A DNA stretch of 64,000 bases, taken from Eledone cirrhosa. Lineage: Eukaryota. Position numbers and translations under genes: made by a program. The notes beneath the pieces are model-generated. The model saw only the letters and a program-made list of their open reading frames with translations. It searched no databases and was not told the origin of the DNA. Of the stretch, positions 38,901 to 53,900 are shown in pieces (positions within the stretch are counted from its first letter, which is position 1; each line of letters begins with the position of its first letter). The stretch lies in the NCBI GenBank assembly GCA_964016885.1, contig OZ024742.1:73222001-73286000 (forward strand), read 5' to 3'.

Positions 38901-41900
38901 TTGACTATAGTTGGACTTATCAGTAAAGAACTGTAGGACCTTGGCTATAGTTGTACTATCAGTAAAGAACTGTAGGACCTTGGCTGTAGTTGGACTATCA
39001 GTAAAGAACTGTAGGACCTTGGCTATAGTTGGACTTATCAGTAAAGAACTGTAGGACCTTGGCTATAGTTGGACTATCAGTAAAGAACTGTAGGACCTTG
39101 GCTGTCGTTGGACTATCAGTAAAGAACTGTAGGACCTTGGCTATAGTTGGACTATCAGTAAAGAACTGTAGGACCTTGGCTGTCGTTGGACTATCAGTAA
39201 AGAACTGTAGGACCTTGGCTATAGTTGGACTATCCGTAAGCAACTGTAAGACCTTGGCTATAGTTGGACTATCAGTAAAGAACTGTAGGACCTTGGCTAT
39301 AGTTGGACTATCAGTAAAGAACTGTAGGACCTAGGCTATAGTTGGACTATCAGTAAAGAACTGTAGGAGATTGGCTATAGTTGGAATATCAGTAAAGAAC
39401 TGTAGGTCCTTGGCTATAGTTGGACTTATCAGTAAAGAACTGTAGGACCTTGGCTATAGTTGGACTATCAGTAAAGAGGTGTAGGACCTTGGCTATAGTT
39501 AGACTTATCAGTAAAGAACTGTAGGACCTTGGCTATAGTTGGACTATCAGTAAAGAACTGTAGGACCTTGGCTGTGGTTGAACTATCAGTAAATTACTGT
39601 AGGACCTTGGCTATAGTTGGACTATCAGTAAAGAGGTGTAGGACCTTGGCTATAGTTAGACTTATCAGTAAAGAACTGTAGGACCTTGGCTATAGTTGGA
39701 CTATCAGTAAAGAACTGTAGGACCTTGGCTATAATTGAACTATCAGTAAAGAACTGTAGGACCTTGGCTATAGTTGGACTATCAGTAAAGAGGTGTAGGA
39801 CCTTGGCTATAGTTAGACTTATCAGTGAAGAACTGTAGGACCTTGGCTATAGTTGGACTATCAGTAAAGAACTGTAGGACCTTGGCTATAATTGAACTAT
39901 CAGTAAAGAACTGTAGGACCTTGGCTATAGTTGGACAATCAGTAAAGAACTGTAGGACCTTGGCTATAGTTAGACTATCAGTAAAGAACTGTAGAACCTT
40001 GGCTGTGGTTGAACTATCAGTAAAGAACTGTAGGACCTTGGCTATAGTTGGACTATCAGTAAAGAACTGTAGGACCTTGGCTGTAGTTGGACTATCAGTA
40101 AAGAACTGTAAGACCTTGGCTATAGTTGGACTTATCAGTAAATAACTGTAGGACCTTGGCTATAGTTGGACTATCAGTTAAGAAGTGTAGGACCTTGGCT
40201 ATAGTTAGACTTATCAGTAAAGAAGTGTAGGACATTGGCTGTAGTTGGACTATCAGTAATGAACTGTAGGACCTTGGCTGTAGTTGGACTATCAGTAAAG
40301 AACTGTAGGACCTTGGCTATAGTTGGACTATCAGTAAAGAACTGTAGGAGATTGGCTATAGTTGGACTATCAGTAAAGAACTGTAGGACCTTGGCTGTAG
40401 TTGGACTATCAGTAAAGAACTGTAGGACCTTGGCTGTTGTTGGACTATCAGAAAAGAACTGTAGGACCTTGGCTGTAGTTGGACTATCAGTAAAGAAATG
40501 TAGGACCTTGGCTATAGTTGGACTATCAGTAAAGAACTGTAGGACCTTGGCTATAGTTGGACTATCCGTAAGCAACTGTGGGACCTTGGCTATAGTTGGA
40601 CTATCAGTAAAGAAATGTAGGACCTTGGCTATAGTTGGACTATCAGTAAAGAACTGTAGGAGATTGGCTATAGTTGGACTATCAGTAAAGAACTGTAGGA
40701 GATTGGCTATAGTTGGACTATCAGTAAAGAACTGTACGACCTTGGCTATAGTTGGACTATCAGTAAAGAACTGTAGGACCTTGGCTATAGTTGGTCTATC
40801 AGTAAAGAACTGTAGGACCTTGGCTGTAGTTGGACTATCAGTAAAGAACTGTAGGACCTTGGCTATAGTTGGACTATCAGTAAAGAACTGTAGGAGATTG
40901 GCTATAGTTGGACTATCAGTAAAGAACTGTAGGACCTTGGCTATAGTTGGACTATCAGTAAAGAACTGTAGGACCTTGGCTATAGTTGGACTATCAGTAA
41001 AGAACTGTAGGACCTTGGCTGTAGTTGGACTATCAGTAAAGAACTGTAGGACCTTGGCTGTAGTTGGACTATCAGTAAAGAACTGTAGGAGATTGGCTAT
41101 AGTTGGACTATCAGTAAAGAACTGTAGGACCTTGGCTATAGTTGGACTATCAGTAAAGAACTGTAGGACCTTGGCTATAGTTGGACTATCAGTAAAGAAC
41201 TGTAGGACCTTGGCTATAGTTGGACTATCAGTAAAGAACTGTAGGACCTTGGCTATAGTTGGACTATCAGTAAAGAACTGTAGGAGATTGGCTATAGTTG
41301 GACTATCAGTAAAGAACTGTACGACCTTGGCTATAGTTGGACTATCAGTAAAGAACTGTAGGACCTTGGCTATAGTTGGACTATCAGTAAAGAACTGTAG
41401 GACCTTGGCTGTAGTTGGACTATCAGTAAAGAACTGTAGAAGATTGGCTATAGTTGGACTTATCAGTAAAGAACTGTAGGAGATTGGCTATAGTTGGACT
41501 TATCAGTAAAGAACTGTAGAACCTTGGCTATAGTTGGACTATCAGTAAAGAACTGTAGGAGATTGGCTATAGTTGGACTATCAGTAAAGAACTGTAGGAC
41601 CTTGGCTATAGTTGGACTATCAGTAAAGAACTGTAGGACCTTGGCTAAAGTTGGACTATCAGTAAAAAACTGTAGGACCTTGGCTATAGTTGGACTATCA
41701 GTAAAGAACTGTAGAACCTTGGCTGTAGTTGAACTATCAGTAAAGAACTGTAGCACCTTGGCTATAGTTGGACTATCAGTAAAGAACTGTAAGACCTTGG
41801 CTATATTTGGACTTATCAGTAAAGAACTGTAGGACCTTGGCTATAGTTGGACTATCAGTAAAGAACTGTAAGACCTTGGCTGTAGTTGGACTATCAGTAA

Positions 41901-44900
41901 AGAACTGTAGGACCTTGGCTATAGTTGGACAATCAGTAAAGAACTGTAGGACCTTGGCTGTAGTTGGACTATCAGTAAAGAACTGTAGGACCTTGGCAAT
42001 AGTTGGACTTATCAGTAAGGAACAGTAGGACCTTGGCTATAGTTGGACTTATCAGTAAAGAACTGTAGGACCTTGGCTATAGTTGGACAATCAGTAAAGA
42101 ACTGTAGGACCTTGGCTGTAGTTGGACTATCAGTAAAGAACTGTAGGACCTTGGCAATAGTTGGACTTATCAGTAAGGAACAGTAGGACCTTGGCTATAG
42201 TTGGACTTATCAGTAAAGAAATGTAGGATCTTGGCTATAGTTGGACTATCAGTAAAGAACTGTAGGTCCTTGGCTATAGTTGGACTATCAGTAAAGAACT
42301 GTAGGACCTTGGCTATAGTTGGACTATCAGTAAAGAACTGTAGGAGATTGGCTATAGTTGGACTATCAGTAAAGAACTGTAGGAACTTGGCTATAGTTGG
42401 ACTATCAGTAAAGAACTGTAGGAGATTGGCTATAGTTGGACTATCAGTAAAGAACTATAGGACCTTGGCTGTAGTTGGACTATCAGTAAAGAACTGTAGG
42501 ACCTTGGCTATATTTGGACTTATCAGTAAAGAACTGTAGGACCTTGGCTATAGTTGGACTATCAGTAAAGAACTGTAGGACCTTGGCTATAGTTGGACTA
42601 TCAGTAAAGAACTGTACGACCTTGGCTATAGTTGGACTTATCAGTATAGAACTGTAGGACTTTGGCTATAGTTGGACTATCAGTAAAAAACTGTAGGACC
42701 TTGGCTGTAGTTGGACTATCAGTAAAGAACTGTAGGACCTTGGCTGCAGTTGGACTATCAGTAAAAAACTGTAGGACCTTGGCTATAGTTGGACTATCAG
42801 TAAAGAACTGTAGAATCTTGGCTGTAGTTGAACTATCAGTAAAGAACTGTAGGACCTTGGCTATAGTTGGACTATCAGTAAAGAACTGTAGGACCTTGGC
42901 TATAGTTGGACAATCAGTATAGAACTGTAGGACCTTGGCTATAGTTGGACTATCAGTAAAGAACTGTAAGACCTTGGCTATAGTTGGACTTATCAGTAAA
43001 GAACTGTAGGACCTTGGCTATAGTTGGACAATTAGTAAAGAACTGTAGGACCTTGGCTATAGTTGGACTATCAGTAAAGAACTGTAGGTCCTTGGCTATA
43101 GTTGGACTTATCAGTAAAGAACAGTAGGACCTTGGCTATAGTTGGACTATCAGTAAAGAACTGTAGGACCTTGGCTATAGTTGGACTTATCAGTAAAGAA
43201 CAGTAGGACCTTGGCTATAGTTGGACTATCAGTAAAGAACTGTAGGACCTTGGCTATAGTTGGACTATCAGTAAAGAACTGTAGGACCTTGGCTATAGTT
43301 GGACTTATCAGTAAAGAACTGTAGGACCTTGGCAATAGTTGGACTTATCAGTAATGAACTGTAGGACCTTGGCTATAGTTGGACTGTCAGTAATGAACTG
43401 TAGGACCTTGACTATAGTTGGACTTATCAGAAAAGAACTGTAGAACCTTGGCTATAGTTGGACTATCAGTAAAGAACTGTAGGACCTTGGCTATAGTTCG
43501 ACTATCAGTAAAGAACTGTAGGACCTTGGCTATAGTTGGACTATCAGTAAAGAACTGTAAGACCTTGGCTATAGTTGGACTATCAGTAAAGAACTGTAGG
43601 ACCTTGGCAATAGTTGGACTTATCAGTAAAGAACTGTAGGACCTTGGCTATAGTTGGACTTATCAGTAAAGAACTGTAGGACCTTGGCTATAGTTGGACT
43701 TATCAGTAAAGAACTGTAGGACCTTGGCTATAGTTGGACTATCAGTAAAGAACTGTAGGTCCTTGGCTATAGTTGGACTGTCAGTAAAGAACTGTAGGAC
43801 CTTGGCTATAGTTTGACTATCAGTAAAGAACTGTAGGACCTTGGCTATAGTTGGACTATCAGTAAAGAACAGTAGGACCTTGGCTGTAGTTGGACTATCA
43901 GTAAAGAACTGTAGGACCTTGGCTATAGTTGGACTATCAGTAAAGAACTGTAGGTCCTTGGCTATAGTTGGACTGTCAGTAAAGAACTGTAGGACCTTGG
44001 CTATAGTTGGACTATCAGTAAAGAACAGTAGGACCTTGGCTATAGTTGGACTATCAGTAAAGAACTGTAGGACCTTGGCTATAGTTGGACTATCAGTAAA
44101 GAACTGTAGGACCTTGGCTATAGTTGGACTATCAGTAAAGAACTGTAGGACCTTGGCAATAGTTGGACTTATCAGTAAAGAACTGTAGGAGATTGGCTAT
44201 AGTTGGACTATCAGTAAAGAACTGTAGGACCTTGGCTATAGTTGGACTATCAGTAAAGAACTGTAGGACCTTGGCTATAGTTGGACTATCAGTAAAGAAC
44301 TGTAGGACCTTGACTGTAGTTGGACTATCAGAAAAGAACTGTAGGACCTTGGCTATAGTTGGACTATCAGTAAGGAACTGTAGGACCTTGGCTATAGTTG
44401 GACTATCAGTAAAGAACTGTAGGACCTTGGCTATAGTTGGACTATCAGTAAAGAACTGTAGGACCTTGGCTATAGTTCGACTATCAGTAAAGAACTGTAG
44501 GACCTTGGCTATAGTTGGACTATCAGTAAAGAACTGTAAGACCTTGGCTATAGTTGGACTATCAGTAAAGAACTGTAGGACCTTGGCAATAGTTGGACTT
44601 ATCAGTAAAGAACTGTAGGACCTTGGCTATAGTTGGACTTATCAGTAAAGAACTGTAGGACCTTGGCTATAGTTGGACTTATCAGTAAAGAACTGTAGGA
44701 CCTTGGCTATAGTTGGACTATCAGTAAAGAACTGTAGGAGATTGGCTATAGTTGGACTATCAGTAAAGAACTGTAGGACCTTGGCTATAGTTGGACTATC
44801 AGTAAAGAACTGTAGGACCTTGGCTATAGTTGGACTATCAGTAAAGAACTGTAGGACCTTGGCTATAGTTGGACTATCAGTAAAGAACTGTAGGAGATTG

Positions 44901-47900
44901 GCTATAGTTGGACTATCAGTAAAGAACTATAGGACCTTGGCTGTAGTTGGACTATCAGTAAAGAACTGTAGGACCTTGGCTATATTTGGACTTATCAGTA
45001 AAGAACTGTAGGACCTTGGCTATAGTTGGACTATCAGTAAAGAACTGTAGGACCTTGGCTATAGTTGGACTATCAGTAAAGAACTGTACGACCTTGGCTA
45101 TAGTTGGACTATCAGTAAAAAACTGTAGGACCTTGGCTATAGTTGGACTATCAGTAAAGAACTGTAGAACCTTGGCTGTAGTTGAACTATCAGTAAAGAA
45201 CTGTAGGACCTTGGCTGTAGTTGGACTATCAGTAAAGAACTGTAGGACCTTGGCTATAGTTGGACTATCAGTAAAGAACTGTAGGACCTTGGCTGTAGTT
45301 GGACTATCAGTAAAGAACTGTAGGACCTTGGCTATAGTTGGACTATCAGTAAAGAACTGTAGGACCTTGGCTATAGCTGGACAATCAGTATAGAACTGTA
45401 GGACCTTGGCTATAGTTGGACTATCAGTAAAGGACTGTAAGACCTTGGCTATAGTTGGACTTATCAGTAAAGAACTGTAGGACCTTGGCTATAGTTGGAC
45501 TATCAGTAAAGAACTGTAGGACCTTGGCTGTAGTTGGACTATCAGTAAAGAACTGTAGGACCTTGGCTATAGTTGGACTTATCAGTAAAGAACTGTAGGA
45601 CCTTGGCTATAGTTGGACTATCAGTAAAGAAATGTAGGACCTTGGCTATAGTTGGACTATCAGTAAAGAACTGTAGGACCTTGGCTATAGTTGGACTATC
45701 AGTAAAGAACTGTAGGAGATTGGCTATAGTTGGACTATCAGTAAAGAACTGTAGGACCTTGGCTATAGTTGGACAATCAGTAAAGAACTGTAGGACCTTG
45801 GCTATAGTTGGACTATCAGTAAAGAACTGTAAGAACTTGGCTATAGTTGGACTATCAGTAAAGAACTGTAGGACCATGACTATAGTTGGACTTATCAGTA
45901 AAGAACAGTAGGACCTTGGCTATAGTTGGACTATCAGTAAAGAACTGTAGGACCTTGGCTATAGTTGGACTATCAGTAAAGAACTGTAGGACCTTGGCTA
46001 TAGTTGGACTACCGGTAAAGAACTGTAGGACCTTGGCTATAGTTGGACTATCAGTAAAGAACTGTAGGACCTTGGCTATAGTTGGACTATCAGTAAAGAA
46101 CTGTAGGACCTTGGCTATAGTTGGACTATCAGTAAAGAACTGTAGGACCTTGGCTGTAGTTGGACTATCAGTAAAGAACTGTAGGACCTTGGCTATAGTT
46201 GGACTATCAGTAAAGAACTGTAGGACCTTGGCTGTAGTTGAACTATCAGTAAAGAACTGTAGGACCTTGGCTATAGTTGGACTATCAGTAAAGAACTGTA
46301 GGACCTTGGCTATAGTTGGACTATCAGTAAAGAACTGTAGGACCTTGGCTATAGTTGGACTATCAGTAAAGAACTGTAGGACCTTCGCTATAGTTGGACT
46401 ATCAGTAAAGAACTGTAGGACCTTGGCTGTAGTTGGACTATCAGTAAAGAACTGTAGGACCTTGGCTGTAGTTGAACTATCAGTAAAGAACTGTAGGACC
46501 TTGGCTATAGTTGGACTATCAGTAAAGAACTGTAGGACCTTGGCTATAGTTGGACTTATCAGTAAAGAACTGTAGGACCTTGGCTATAGTTGGACTATCA
46601 GTAAAGAACTGTAGGACCTTGGCTATAGTTGGACTATCAGTAAAGAACTGTAGGACCTTGGCTGTAGTTGGACTATCAGTAAAGAACTGGAGGACCTTGG
46701 CTATAGTTGGACTATCAGTAAAGAACTGTAGGACCTTGGCTGTAGTTGGACTATCAGTAAAGAACTGTAGGACCTTGGCTGTTGTTGGACTATCAGAAAA
46801 GAACTGTAGGACCTTGGCTGTAGTTGGACTATCAGTAAAGAAATGTAGGACCTTGGCTATAGTTGGACTATCAGTAAAGAACTGTAGGACCTTGGCTATA
46901 GTTGGACTATCCGTAAGCAACTGTGGGACCTTGGCTATAGTTGGACTATCAGTAAAGAAATGTAGGACCTTGGCTATAGTTGGACTATCAGTAAAGAACT
47001 GTAGGAGATTGGCTATAGTTGGACTATCAGTAAAGAACTGTAGGAGATTGGCTATAGTTGGACTATCAGTAAAGAACTGTACGACCTTGGCTATAGTTGG
47101 ACTATCAGTAAAGAACTGTAGGACCTTGGCTATAGTTGGACTATCAGTAAAGAACTGTAGGACCTTGGCTGTAGTTGGACTATCAGTAAAGAACTGTAGG
47201 ACCTTGGCTATAGTTGGACTATCAGTAAAGAACTGTAGGAGATTGGCTATAGTTGGACTATCAGTAAAGAACTGTAGGACCTTGGCTATAGTTGGACTAT
47301 CAGTAAAGAACTGTAGGACCTTGGCTATAGTTGGACTATCAGTAAAGAACTGTAGGACCTTGGCTGTAGTTGGACTATCAGTAAAGAACTGTAGGACCTT
47401 GGCTGTAGTTGGACTATCAGTAAAGAACTGTAGGAGATTGGCTATAGTTGGACTATCAGTAAAGAACTGTAGGACCTTGGCTATAGTTGGACTATCAGTA
47501 AAGAACTGTAGGACCTTGGCTATAGTTGGACTATCAGTAAAGAACTGTAGGACCTTGGCTATAGTTGGACTATCAGTAAAGAACTGTAGGACCTTGGCTA
47601 TAGTTGGACTATCAGTAAAGAACTGTAGGAGATTGGCTATAGTTGGACTATCAGTAAAGAACTGTACGACCTTGGCTATAGTTGGACTATCAGTAAAGAA
47701 CTGTAGGACCTTGGCTATAGTTGGACTATCAGTAAAGAACTGTAGGACCTTGGCTGTAGTTGGACTATCAGTAAAGAACTGTAGAAGATTGGCTATAGTT
47801 GGACTTATCAGTAAAGAACTGTAGGAGATTGGCTATAGTTGGACTTATCAGTAAAGAACTGTAGAACCTTGGCTATAGTTGGACTATCAGTAAAGAACTG

Positions 47901-50900
47901 TAGGAGATTGGCTATAGTTGGACTATCAGTAAAGAACTGTAGGACCTTGGCTATAGTTGGACTATCAGTAAAGAACTGTAGGACCTTGGCTAAAGTTGGA
48001 CTATCAGTAAAAAACTGTAGGACCATGGCTATAGTTGGACTATCAGTAAAGAACTGTAGAACCTTGGCTGTAGTTGAACTATCAGTAAAGAACTGTAGCA
48101 CCTTGGCTATAGTTGGACTATCAGTAAAGAACTGTAAGACCTTGGCTATATTTGGACTTATCAGTAAAGAACTGTAGGACCTTGGCTATAGTTGGACTAT
48201 TAGTAAAGAACTGTAAGACCTTGGCTGTAGTTGGACTATCAGTAAAGAACTGTAGGACCTTGGCTATAGTTGGACAATCAGTAAAGAATTGTAGGACCTT
48301 GGCTGTAGTTGGACTATCAGTAAAGAACTGTAGGACCTTGGCAATAGTTGGACTTATCAGTAAGGAACAGTAGGACCTTGGCTATAGTTGGACTTATCAG
48401 TAAAGAACTGTAGGACCTTGGCTATAGTTGGACAATCAGTAAAGAACTGTAGGACCTTGGCTGTAGTTGGACTATCAGTAAAGAACTGTAGGACCTTGGC
48501 AATAGTTGGACTTATCAGTAAGGAACAGTAGGACCTTGGCTATAGTTGGACTTATCAGTAAAGAAATGTAGGATCTTGGCTATAGTTGGACTATCAGTAA
48601 AGAACTGTAGGTCCTTGGCTATAGTTGGACTATCAGTAAAGAACTGTAGGACCTTGGCTATAGTTGGACTATCAGTAAAGAACTGTAGGAGATTGGCTAT
48701 AGTTGGACTATCAGTAAAGAACTGTAGGAACTTGGCTATAGTTGGACTATCAGTAAAGAACTGTAGGAGATTGGCTATAGTTGGACTATCAGTAAAGAAC
48801 TATAGGACCTTGGCTGTAGTTGGACTATCAGTAAAGAACTGTAGGACCTTGGCTATATTTGGACTTATCAGTAAAGAACTGTAGGACCTTGGCTATAGTT
48901 GGACTATCAGTAAAGAACTGTAGGACCTTGGCTATAGTTGGACTATCAGTAAAGAACTGTACGACCTTGGCTATAGTTGGACTTATCAGTATAGAACTGT
49001 AGGACTTTGGCTATAGTTGGACTATCAGTAAAAAACTGTAGGACCTTGGCTGTAGTTGGACTATCAGTAAAGAACTGTAGGACCTTGGCTGCAGTTGGAC
49101 TATCAGTAAAAAACTGTAGGACCTTGGCTATAGTTGGACTATCAGTAAAGAACTGTAGAATCTTGGCTGTAGTTGAACTATCAGTAAAGAACTGTAGGAC
49201 CTTGGCTATAGTTGGACTATCAGTAAAGAACTGTAGGACCTTGGCTATAGTTGGACAATCAGTATAGAACTGTAGGACCTTGGCTATAGTTGGACTATCA
49301 GTAAAGAACTGTAAGACCTTGGCTATAGTTGGACTTATCAGTAAAGAACTGTAGGACCTTGGCTATAGTTGGACAATTAGTAAAGAACTGTAGGACCTTG
49401 GCTATAGTTGGACTATCAGTAAAGAACTGTAGGTCCTTGGCTATAGTTGGACTTATCAGTAAAGAACAGTAGGACCTTGGCTATAGTTGGACTATCAGTA
49501 AAGAACTGTAGGACCTTGGCTATAGTTGGACTTATCAGTAAAGAACAGTAGGACCTTGGCTATAGTTGGACTATCAGTAAAGAACTGTAGGACCTTGGCT
49601 ATAGTTGGACTATCAGTAAAGAACTGTAGGACCTTGGCTATAGTTGGACTTATCAGTAAAGAACTGTAGGACCTTGGCAATAGTTGGACTTATCAGTAAT
49701 GAACTGTAGGACCTTGGCTATAGTTGGACTGTCAGTAATGAACTGTAGGACCTTGACTATAGTTGGACTTATCAGAAAAGAACTGTAGAACCTTGGCTAT
49801 AGTTGGACTATCAGTAAAGAACTGTAGGACCTTGGCTATAGTTCGACTATCAGTAAAGAACTGTAGGACCTTGGCTATAGTTGGACTATCAGTAAAGAAC
49901 TGTAAGACCTTGGCTATAGTTGGACTATCAGTAAAGAACTGTAGGACCTTGGCAATAGTTGGACTTATCAGTAAAGAACTGTAGGACCTTGGCTATAGTT
50001 GGACTTATCAGTAAAGAACTGTAGGACCTTGGCTATAGTTGGACTTATCAGTAAAGAACTGTAGGACCTTGGCTATAGTTGGACTATCAGTAAAGAACTG
50101 TAGGTCCTTGGCTATAGTTGGACTGTCAGTAAAGAACTGTAGGACCTTGGCTATAGTTTGACTATCAGTAAAGAACTGTAGGACCTTGGCTATAGTTGGA
50201 CTATCAGTAAAGAACAGTAGGACCTTGGCTGTAGTTGGACTATCAGTAAAGAACTGTAGGACCTTGGCTATAGTTGGACTATCAGTAAGGAACTGTAGGT
50301 CCTTGGCTATAGTTGGACTGTCAGTAAAGAACTGTAGGACCTTGGCTATAGTTGGACTATCAGTAAAGAACAGTAGGACCTTGGCTATAGTTGGACTATC
50401 AGTAAAGAACTGTAGGACCTTGGCTATAGTTGGACTATCAGTAAAGAACTGTAGGACCTTGGCTATAGTTGGACTATCAGTAAAGAACTGTAGGACCTTG
50501 GCAATAGTTGGACTTATCAGTAAAGAACTGTAGGAGATTGGCTATAGTTGGACTATCAGTAAAGAACTGTAGGACCTTGGCTATAGTTGGACTATCAGTA
50601 AAGAACTGTAGGACCTTGGCTATAGTTGGACTATCAGTAAAGAACTGTAGGACCTTGACTGTAGTTGGACTATCAGAAAAGAACTGTAGGACCTTGGCTA
50701 TAGTTGGACTATCAGTAAGGAACTGTAGGACCTTGGCTATAGTTGGACTATCAGTAAAGAACTGTAGGACCTTGGCTATAGTTGGACTATCAGTAAAGAA
50801 CTGTAGGACCTTGGCTATAGTTCGACTATCAGTAAAGAACTGTAGGACCTTGGCTATAGTTGGACTATCAGTAAAGAACTGTAAGACCTTGGCTATAGTT

Positions 50901-53900
50901 GGACTATCAGTAAAGAACTGTAGGACCTTGGCAATAGTTGGACTTATCAGTAAAGAACTGTAGGACCTTGGCTATAGTTGGACTTATCAGTAAAGAACTG
51001 TAGGACCTTGGCTATAGTTGGACTTATCAGTAAAGAACTGTAGGACCTTGGCTATAGTTGGACTATCAGTAAAGAACTGTAGGAGATTGGCTATAGTTGG
51101 ACTATCAGTAAAGAACTGTAGGAGATTGGCTATAGTTGGACTATCAGTAAAGAACTGTAGGACCTTGGCTATAGTTGGACTATCAGTAAAGAACTGTAGG
51201 ACCTTGGCTATAGTTGGACTATCAGTAAAGAACTGTAGGACCTTGGCTATAGTTGGACTATCAGTAAAGAACTGTAGGAGATTGGCTATAGTTGGACTAT
51301 CAGTAAAGAACTATAGGACCTTGGCTGTAGTTGGACTATCAGTAAAGAACTGTAGGACCTTGGCTATATTTGGACTTATCAGTAAAGAACTGTAGGACCT
51401 TGGCTATAGTTGGACTATCAGTAAAGAACTGTAGGACCTTGGCTATAGTTGGACTATCAGTAAAGAACTGTACGACCTTGGCTATAGTTGGACTATCAGT
51501 AAAAAACTGTAGGACCTTGGCTATAGTTGGACTATCAGTAAAGAACTGTAGAACCTTGGCTGTAGTTGAACTATCAGTAAAGAACTGTAGGACCTTGGCT
51601 GTAGTTGGACTATCAGTAAAGAACTGTAGGACCTTGGCTATAGTTGGACTATCAGTAAAGAACTGTAGGACCTTGGCTGTAGTTGGACTATCAGTAAAGA
51701 ACTGTAGGACCTTGGCTATAGTTGGACTATCAGTAAAGAACTGTAGGACCTTGGCTATAGTTGGACAATCAGTATAGAACTGTAGGACCTTGGCTATAGT
51801 TGGACTATCAGTAAAGGACTGTAAGACCTTGGCTATAGTTGGACTTATCAGTAAAGAACTGTAGGACCTTGGCTATAGTTGGACTATCAGTAAAGAACTG
51901 TAGGACCTTGGCTGTAGTTGGACTATCAGTAAAGAACTGTAGGACCTTGGCTATAGTTGGACTTATCAGTAAAGAACTGTAGGACCTTGGCTATAGTTGG
52001 ACTATCAGTAAAGAAATGTAGGACCTTGGCTATAGTTGGACTATCAGTAAAGAACTGTAGGACCTTGGCTATAGTTGGACTATCAGTAAAGAACTGTAAG
52101 ACCTTGGCTATAGTTGGACTATCAGTAAAGAACTGTAGGACCATGACTATAGTTGGACTTATCAGTAAAGAACAGTAGGACCTTGGCTATAGTTGGACTA
52201 TCAGTAAAGAACTGTAGGACCTTGGCTATAGTTGGACTATCAGTAAAGAACTGTAGGACCTTGGCTATAGTTGGACTACCGGTAAAGAACTGTAGGACCT
52301 TGGCTATAGTTGGACTATCAGTAAAGAACTGTAGGACCTTGGCTATAGTTGGACTATCAGTAAAGAACTGTAGGACCTTGGCTATAGTTGGACTATCAGT
52401 AAAGAACTGTAGGACCTTGGCTGTAGTTGGACTATCAGTAAAGAACTGTAGGACCTTGGCTATAGTTGGACTATCAGTAAAGAACTGTAGGACCTTGGCT
52501 GTAGTTGAACTATCAGTAAAGAACTGTAGGACCTTGGCTATAGTTGGACTATCAGTAAAGAACTGTAGGACCTTGGCTATAGTTGGACTATCAGTAAAGA
52601 ACTGTAGGACCTTGGCTATAGTTGGACTATCAGTAAAGAACTGTAGGACCTTGGCTATAGTTGGACTATCAGTAAAGAACTGTAGGACCTTGGCTGTAGT
52701 TGGACTATCAGTAAAGAACTGTAGGACCTTGGCTGTAGTTGAACTATCAGTAAAGAACTGTAGGACCTTGGCTATAGTTGGACTATCAGTAAAGAACTGT
52801 AGGACCTTGGCTATAGTTGGACTTATTAGTAAAGAACTGTAGGACCTTGGCTATAGTTGGACTATCAGTAAAGAACTGTAGGACCTTGGCTATAGTTGGA
52901 CTATCAGTAAAGAACTGTAGGACCTTGGCTGTAGTTGGACTATCAGTAAAGAACTGGAGGACCTTGGCTATAGTTGGACTATCAGTAAAGAACTGTAGGA
53001 CCTAGGCTATAGTTGGACTACCGGTAAAGAACTGTAGGACCTTGGCTATAGTTGAACTATCAGTAAAGAACTGTAGGACCTTGGCTATAGTTGGACTATC
53101 AGTAAAGAACTGTAGGACCTTGGCTGTAGTTGGACTATCAGTAAAGAACTGGAGGACCTTGGCTATAGTTGGACTATCAGTAAAGAACTGTAGGACCTTG
53201 GCTATAGTTGGACTTATCAGTAAAGAACTGTAGGACCTTGGCTATAGTTTGACTTATCAGTAAAAAACTGTAGGACCTTGGCTATAGTTGGACTATCAGT
53301 AAAGAACTGTAGGACCTTGGCTATAGTTGGACTATCAGTAAAGAACTGTAGGACCTTGGCTGTAGTTGGACTATCAGTAAAGAACTGTAGGACCTTGGCT
53401 ATAGTTGGACTATCAGTAAAGAACTGTAGGACCTTGGCTGTAGTTGGACTATCAGTAAAGAACTGTATGACCTTGGCTGTAGTTGGACTATCAGTAATGA
53501 ATTGTAGGACCTTGGCTATAGTTGGACTATCAGTAAAGAACTGTATGACCTTGGCTGTAGTTGGACTATCAGTAAAGAACTGTAGGACCTTGGCTATAGT
53601 TGGACTTATCAGTAAAGAACTGTAGGACCTTGGCTATAGTTGGACTTATCAGTAAAGAACTGTAGGACCTTGGCTATAGTTGGACTATCAGTAAAGAACT
53701 GTAGGTCCTTGGCTATAGTTGGACTATCAGTAAAGAACTGTAGGACATTGGCTATAGTTGGACTTATCAGTAAAGAACAGTAGGACCTTGGCTATAGTTG
53801 GACTATCAGTAAAGAACTGTACGACATTGGCTATAGTTGGACTTATCAGTAAAGAACTGTAGGACCTTGGCTATAGTTTGACTTATCAGTAAAAAACTGT

